Shown here in pieces: positions 58,588 to 64,000 of a stretch of 64,000 nt of DNA (position 1 is its first letter; each line of letters starts with the position of its first letter). A program made the translations under genes and the position numbers. This DNA is from Intoshia linei (taxonomy: Eukaryota > Animalia > Orthonectida). The stretch covers positions 1-64,000 of the forward strand of contig LWCA01000035.1 in assembly GCA_001642005.1 (NCBI GenBank), read 5' to 3'. The notes below the pieces were generated by a model. That model had not been told where the DNA came from. It did not search any database and saw only the letters and a list, made by a program, of their open reading frames with translations.

Positions 58588-61200
58588 CTAAAAATTTCCG
58601 TATCCATAATGATCGTGGTGATCAAGGTTGACATGAGGGACATGTGGATCAAATATTGCGTCGTTGTAGTAGTTTCCCAAATTATCTACGTGGTGTACTC
58701 CAGGATGATACTCTACAAAATGTTCTTCGTCGTAGAAATGTCGTGGGGCATGATTAATGTTCTCATAATCAGATTCATAATAATTTTTCTTATGATAAAT
58801 GGGTGTATGTATATATTTATGCATCTCGTGTAAGTCTTTTTGGCTGTGATCAATATAATTGTGCTTTGTATATACTTCTGGATATAAATTATTAATGAAA
58901 TGGTCCTGTCGTAAAAAATGGTCGTAATTGTGATGGTCAACGTGATGATTATGTAATAGATCATTGTGCAAATTATGATGGTGGTGGAAATCTTTATTGT
59001 CGTAAAGTCTATCCACGTGAGAATGTACATGATCATGGTGATGCTTACCATAATTGTTTCTATCAGTATTATATTGAGAATGTGTATCATGAAACGTGCT
59101 GTCTTTTGAATAATCATCAAAGCGATCTGAAATGTGGTCCATCTCTTGAGATTGAGAATCACTGTGCGTAGATGAAGGAGGGTACGAAACTCCCTCGAGT
59201 TCACCGAGATAAACATTATCGTGATGGCCATGGTGTCCATGGTGACCATGATGGGCAACAAGTCCGTGATGACCATTGTGTCCGTGGTGGCCATTATGTC
59301 CGTGATGACCATTATGTCCGTGGTGGCCATTGTGTCCGTGGTGGCCAATATGTCCGTGATGACCATTATGTCCGTGGTGGCCAATATGTCCGTGATGACC
59401 ATTATGTCCGTGATGACCATTATGTCCGTGGTGGCCAATATGTCTGTGATGACCATTATGTCCGTGGTGGACATTGTGTCCGTGATGCCCAAGATGTCCG
59501 TGATGACCATTGTGTCCGTGATGCCCATTATGTTCAAAATCATGGTGGTCCGTATGTCTTCTGTAACTATGTGGAAGTACATGAGTGTCAGGAATAAATT
59601 CATCAGCCACAATTTCATGAGTGTCAACGGAATATGCATGACGAGCCAACACATCATCATGATCGTTTTCCTCTTTGGGAATATTTTCGTTAGTAGCATT
59701 GCCTAAAAATCAATTAATTTAAATTTATATTTTATCGGTCAACATATATGTCTGTTCCAGTTTATTTTAATAATTAATTAAAGTCGAGTTTTAAAAATTT
59801 CATATTTCTATTACAGTTTTTCGAGAGTGAAGTTTTATTGAAAATTTCATTTTCCGAAATTAAGTACTTAAAGATCAAAAACCCCAAATATCCTTTTTTT
59901 AAAAATCAAACGAGTCCTATAATTATAAAAAATACACAATTTGATAAAGATTTTAAAATTCATCAAAATTATAATAAATTTCAATTTCAAATTCGTATAC
60001 CTTCACGGTCCAAACAATTGATTTTAAAAATATTAGTTATATACTGACAAATCAGTGGCCACCAAAATTTTTGACACACTACCGGATAAGATAAAACATC
60101 AGTGAATTAGATGAAATTTTTTTTGTTTCCTCAATTATAATTAGTAACTTAACTAATTAATTGATTAACAAAACGGCAGATAATCTTTTTTAGTGTTACT
60201 CTGTTATAGTAAAAAAAAATCGCCCTATTTTACAAAAAATTTTTCTAAAATCACGTTAATTTAGTAAAATAGTCAATAGGTTGTAAAAGTTAAAAATTAC
60301 CTCTAAATTCTTTTAATCTCTTACCCTCTAAAATAGTAGATTAAAAATAAGGAATGATTAAATACGTACCACAGCTTCCTCTAGATATTTTCAATCTGGA
60401 AATTGCAATTGAAACATCACTACCTACTGGAGCATAACCAGCAAATTGAATCTATAATTAAATTAAGTTAAAATAAATATTTAGTAAATCAAGTGCAATA
60501 AATTTTACTCAAAATTTAAATATTGAGATTGGATATTGAAAACAAACTGGGCTCTGTATCACAACTGATGCATTTTAAATATTTTTTTATACTAAAATTT
60601 TACACCTTACTAGACGAATGAAACTTTCAGTATAATAAACAATAAAAATTAATATAAATGAGTGATGGGCAAATGTTTACTATTGATTTATTTAAATTTT
60701 GATATATGTATGTTGTTTAGTAAATTGTTACCCAATCTTCCTTTTGTCTAAAAGAAATTGTAACTTGCGCTGGTTTCCATTTATTGGGGGTATCGTTGGT
60801 TGAAGACCATCTTTGTACTAATCTTTCACCCTTGACATAGTTTGAAAGGATCAAAGTGTTTCTTTCATCGCCTGTAAAATAATCAAAACTAACACAAATT
60901 TCAGAATCTACATATCCGTAGATGAATTCCATTCTAAATAAATATGAAAATTTTTTATGACTATTTACATCGAGTCCGTTAATACAGTAAATGCATAGTC
61001 GGTCCTGCCATCGATTTCTTTTCCTTCTGAGGGGTGATAATATTCGGTTTTAGCGCGACATGAAAACAAATCGCTAAAGTCACAATTCAAAATATCTAAT
61101 TTTAAAATGTGAATTATAAATCTAATCAAATACCCTCCTCTGCATATAGTGACACAATAAATATAGAGAATATGAAACAGAAATAATTCATAATGTTCAT
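58588..61200 (-). CDS. Secreted MAM-like domain + Gly/His-rich repeat protein (530 aa)
   Basis: Exons 61200-61134, 61095-60969, 60933-60732, 60451-60370 and 59702-58588 total 1593 nt in frame with GT-AG borders. Signal peptide MNIMNYFCFIFSIFIVSLYAEE. MAM hallmarks LNCDF...C, ICVSFDY, W...NKWKPAQVT, IQF.G, IAISRLKISRGSC. His-rich tail follows. Confidence 0.8.
59263..59532 (-). repeat. Coding 18-nt tandem repeat, 15 units (HxGHHG)
   Basis: Units like CAY AAT GGY CAY CAC GGA, counted from the translation; visible on the + strand as TCCGTGATGACCATTATG. Confidence 0.95.
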
Positions 61201-62023
61201 TTTTATTAATTGTAAAAAAATTATAAATCTTGCGAATGAATGAAATGTAACAAATTAACTTAAATGATTCCAGTAAATGATTCTCTGTCATATTACAAAC
61301 GAAGCAAGACTATTAAGAGTAAATAGGTATTATCACTAAATGTGTGAGGTTACGAATGACTAAAACGTGAAATAGATACATAAGCTTTAACTGAAACAGC
61401 CGTATTAATGCTTTCTACGTGCCAATTATCAGGATTATACTAATAACACACATCTTAAAATAATATGTACAGATTAAGGTTTACAAAAAGGAATGCAGTT
61501 ATTTGATATTTTGAAACAAATAATTAGTGTACACTTTTAAATTATTCATATTAATCCTTACGTGTGCCTAATATAATATAAGGAAAAAATTTTTCAAAAT
61601 CAAACCAATTATGACGCGTGTATGACGTAAAAGTTTTTATAACAATTCTGTCAATACACTACAGGGCATAAAATAACAGTATACCACACAAATTGTTTCC
61701 GCTAGAACAGTAAATTAAACAATAGTTTTAATCTGACATTTAAAATTAGCAAAAAATAACAAATACATCTAATTTTATTATTAAATTTCATGTTCCAAAA
61801 TTTATATAATTGCTCATATAAAGTCATTGGTCATGGAACTAATTTGAGTAAAATAATTGTTATTGGCATTTAAACAAAAAATTTTCAGATTAGAGTAATG
61901 CAATGACAGAATAAACAATATAAAAAATAAAATGTATTCAAACATAAAATTGACACATATTTTTGTCTAACAGTTAAATTTAAAAATTGAAATGACTTTT
62001 TAATTTTCAGCCAAAAAATACAT

Positions 62024-62309
62024 TTATTCATCATTTATATCATATTTATCGTATAAACTTTTTATGGTACATTTTTTTAAGTTTGCCAAGTGGCTCACAA
62101 TCGAATCAGCCGTATCTTTCATTTCATTGTATGTATGCAATTTTGCTTTATAAATTTCAACGTCTTTTTCTTCGTAACCTTCTTTTCTTAGTTTTTCAAT
62201 TTCCATATCCAATCTTAAATTTTTTTCATCTAATTTTTTTTAATGTTTAATTTAGTTTGATTATTAAACCTTTGCAGTTTTCATTGATATTATTTACCTT
62301 TTCTGCCAT
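62024..62309 (-). CDS. SWI5: SWI5/SAE3 homologous recombination mediator
   Basis: Two exons (40-nt intron): ...EIEKLRKEGY...KLHTYNEMKDTADSIVSHLANLKKCTIKSLYDKYDI, matching SWI5 LHEYNxIKD...LA...T.K.LY. Confidence 0.85.
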
Positions 62310-63027
62310 AAATTTTGTATAAGTTAATTTGTTAAATTTTAACTATCAATATATACGTTAAACTTTTGTTTATTTAAAATAAATTGCATGGATAATTTGG
62401 CGCTATAAATATGCAACAGGTAATATTATTACAGTTTTTATCTTTATTTTATTAATATTAAATTAAATGTCTATTCTTTTTCTGGATCACAAGTTATTTT
62501 TTTATTCAAATTTATATTAAAATAATAATGGTATATTATTAACAAATATAAATATTAATTTATAATTATTTTTGATACACAGTATGCTATAAAAATTAGG
62601 TACATTCATCTACTGATACAGAGAACATTCAAATAGAATTTTGGCTAATTTTTATTTCATTGACTAGTTTACAAGGCTTTTATGTTAATCGGGTATTTTT
62701 TAAAAAATTCTAATGTAATGTTTATTCATTTGGTTAAATTTTATATAAAATTATACAAAATTACACAAAATTAGGTATACAAATATAGACTTATTATACG
62801 TATTGAAAAATACATCACAATAAAACTGGGAATACGCAATTTCTTAATGTTGCGTGTATAATTTATAATATTGCGTGTTGAAATTAAATAAAAATTTTTT
62901 TAAAATCATCAAAAAAGCAAAAATTGGTATTTTATGCTAAAATTTAGTTGATTAAATTTTCATTAGATTTGGGATATTTTACTTTTTTCATCATCAACAA
63001 CCATTTAACATAATGACTAGTTATACA

Positions 63028-63182
63028 CAGGACCGTGGAGAGTCAGCAGTAGGCCGGGAAAGATGGAAATTGTAGGGTCTCTATAAAATTATTCCAACAT
63101 TACCTATTAATAAATTAAAATACGAGGCTCCTCATGATTGTAGGACCGGATCATATAGACCTAGCCCTCACTCCACGGTATG
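63028..63182. mobile_element. Short hAT-like MITE
   Basis: CAGGACCGTGGAG ... CTCCACGGTATG. The first ~55 nt match 31554-31612. Confidence 0.55.
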
Positions 63183-63684
63183 GTGATGCGACGATTCCTA
63201 AATTTTCAACGATACCTATTCCGATTCGGTGGAATCGTCGCATCACTAATAATAACCCATTTTCGAATTTTTTTAAAATGACGCGTTAAACGGCAGCCAT
63301 GTTATCATTCAATATTTGAAAACACTCTCAAATTAAAAAAAATATATTTCTACACATGTACATTTTAATATTATCTATTATATTGGCTTCCTGACAACGG
63401 AATTAGGCTCTAATCTGATTTTATCATATTTTAGCAACAATTATACTTATCATTGATAACTTTCTCAAGATAATTTAATAATTACATATTATAATTATAT
63501 ATCGAATAATTACTGTTTTGTCGAAAAGTAAGCTATAAAGCTTCTCAATCCATTATTTTATCGAAATTTGGATTAGTAACATTATGAAATATAATCAATT
63601 CATCAAATCCAGTTAAACTTTATCTTTCTAATGGTGTATATTTCTATTTTTAATTTAATATTTATCTATAACACTATACACTTT

Positions 63685-63907
63685 ACTCTATTTCAACTGT
63701 GGAATCGGTATATGCATCAGTACTAAATTTTCAGCACATGATGAAAATATCGGTAAACTTATTTCGCGGGTATTTTAATGTTTCAATCATTTCTCGAAAA
63801 AAATTATATAAATATTGTACTAATATGTTTTTTTCAATTTTAATTTTGATTGTGTCAGTAGAATCAATAAAATCATCTACAGGTGTCGTATATTGCCGAC
63901 TTCTACG
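63685..63907 (-). CDS. Possible exons of an unidentified gene running off the window
   Basis: An open stretch RRSRQYTTPVDD...YPRN is bounded by plausible ~36-45 nt GT-AG introns. No homology recognised. Confidence 0.3.
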
Positions 63908-64000
63908 CTGTAAAGTTTGCAAAAGTAATAATAATTGTATTTGTTATATGACGTCATATCTATATCGAAAATTACAACGATACAATATAAACATGTTTTA

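Noticed and set aside
58609-59706. Four overlapping or antisense ORFs (328, 161, 141 and 74 aa) across the His repeat
   Set aside because: The 18-nt repeat and His codons lack stops in several frames. Only the His frame splices to the signal peptide and MAM exons.

Overview
This is AT-rich (about 25% GC by eye), gene-dense animal nuclear DNA using the standard genetic code. Genes are split by GT-AG introns in two size classes: tiny (34-45 nt in those I measured) and long (0.5-2.5 kb). The long introns are packed with non-autonomous DNA transposons. The ORF track therefore shows only fragments, so I rebuilt the spliced models by hand. In order they are: UNC-45 (3' part), an L1CAM/neuroglian-like Ig protein, an SLC26 anion transporter, ANKRD45-like, PNKP, ROMO1, DOPA decarboxylase, TEX2, CYFIP, RPA1, kynurenine aminotransferase, PRPSAP, FAIM, an orphan with an RVxF motif, CDK5RAP3/C53, a secreted MAM + Gly/His-repeat protein, SWI5 and a possible partial gene at the right edge. 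The ~37-nt intron mode, low GC and divergent proteins resemble a compact parasite genome such as the orthonectid Intoshia; this is inference, not verified. Best leads: (1) a secreted MAM-domain protein with a proline-free Gly-His-X repeat tail; (2) a C53 lacking all IDWG-type motifs, predicting altered or lost UFMylation coupling; (3) an L1-family CAM without FnIII repeats and with FIGQY changed to FTDQY; (4) a PNKP whose kinase catalytic motifs look degenerate; (5) convergent genes whose stop codons are only 13-15 nt apart; (6) nested MITEs from at least four superfamilies. I found no tRNA, rRNA or CRISPR features.
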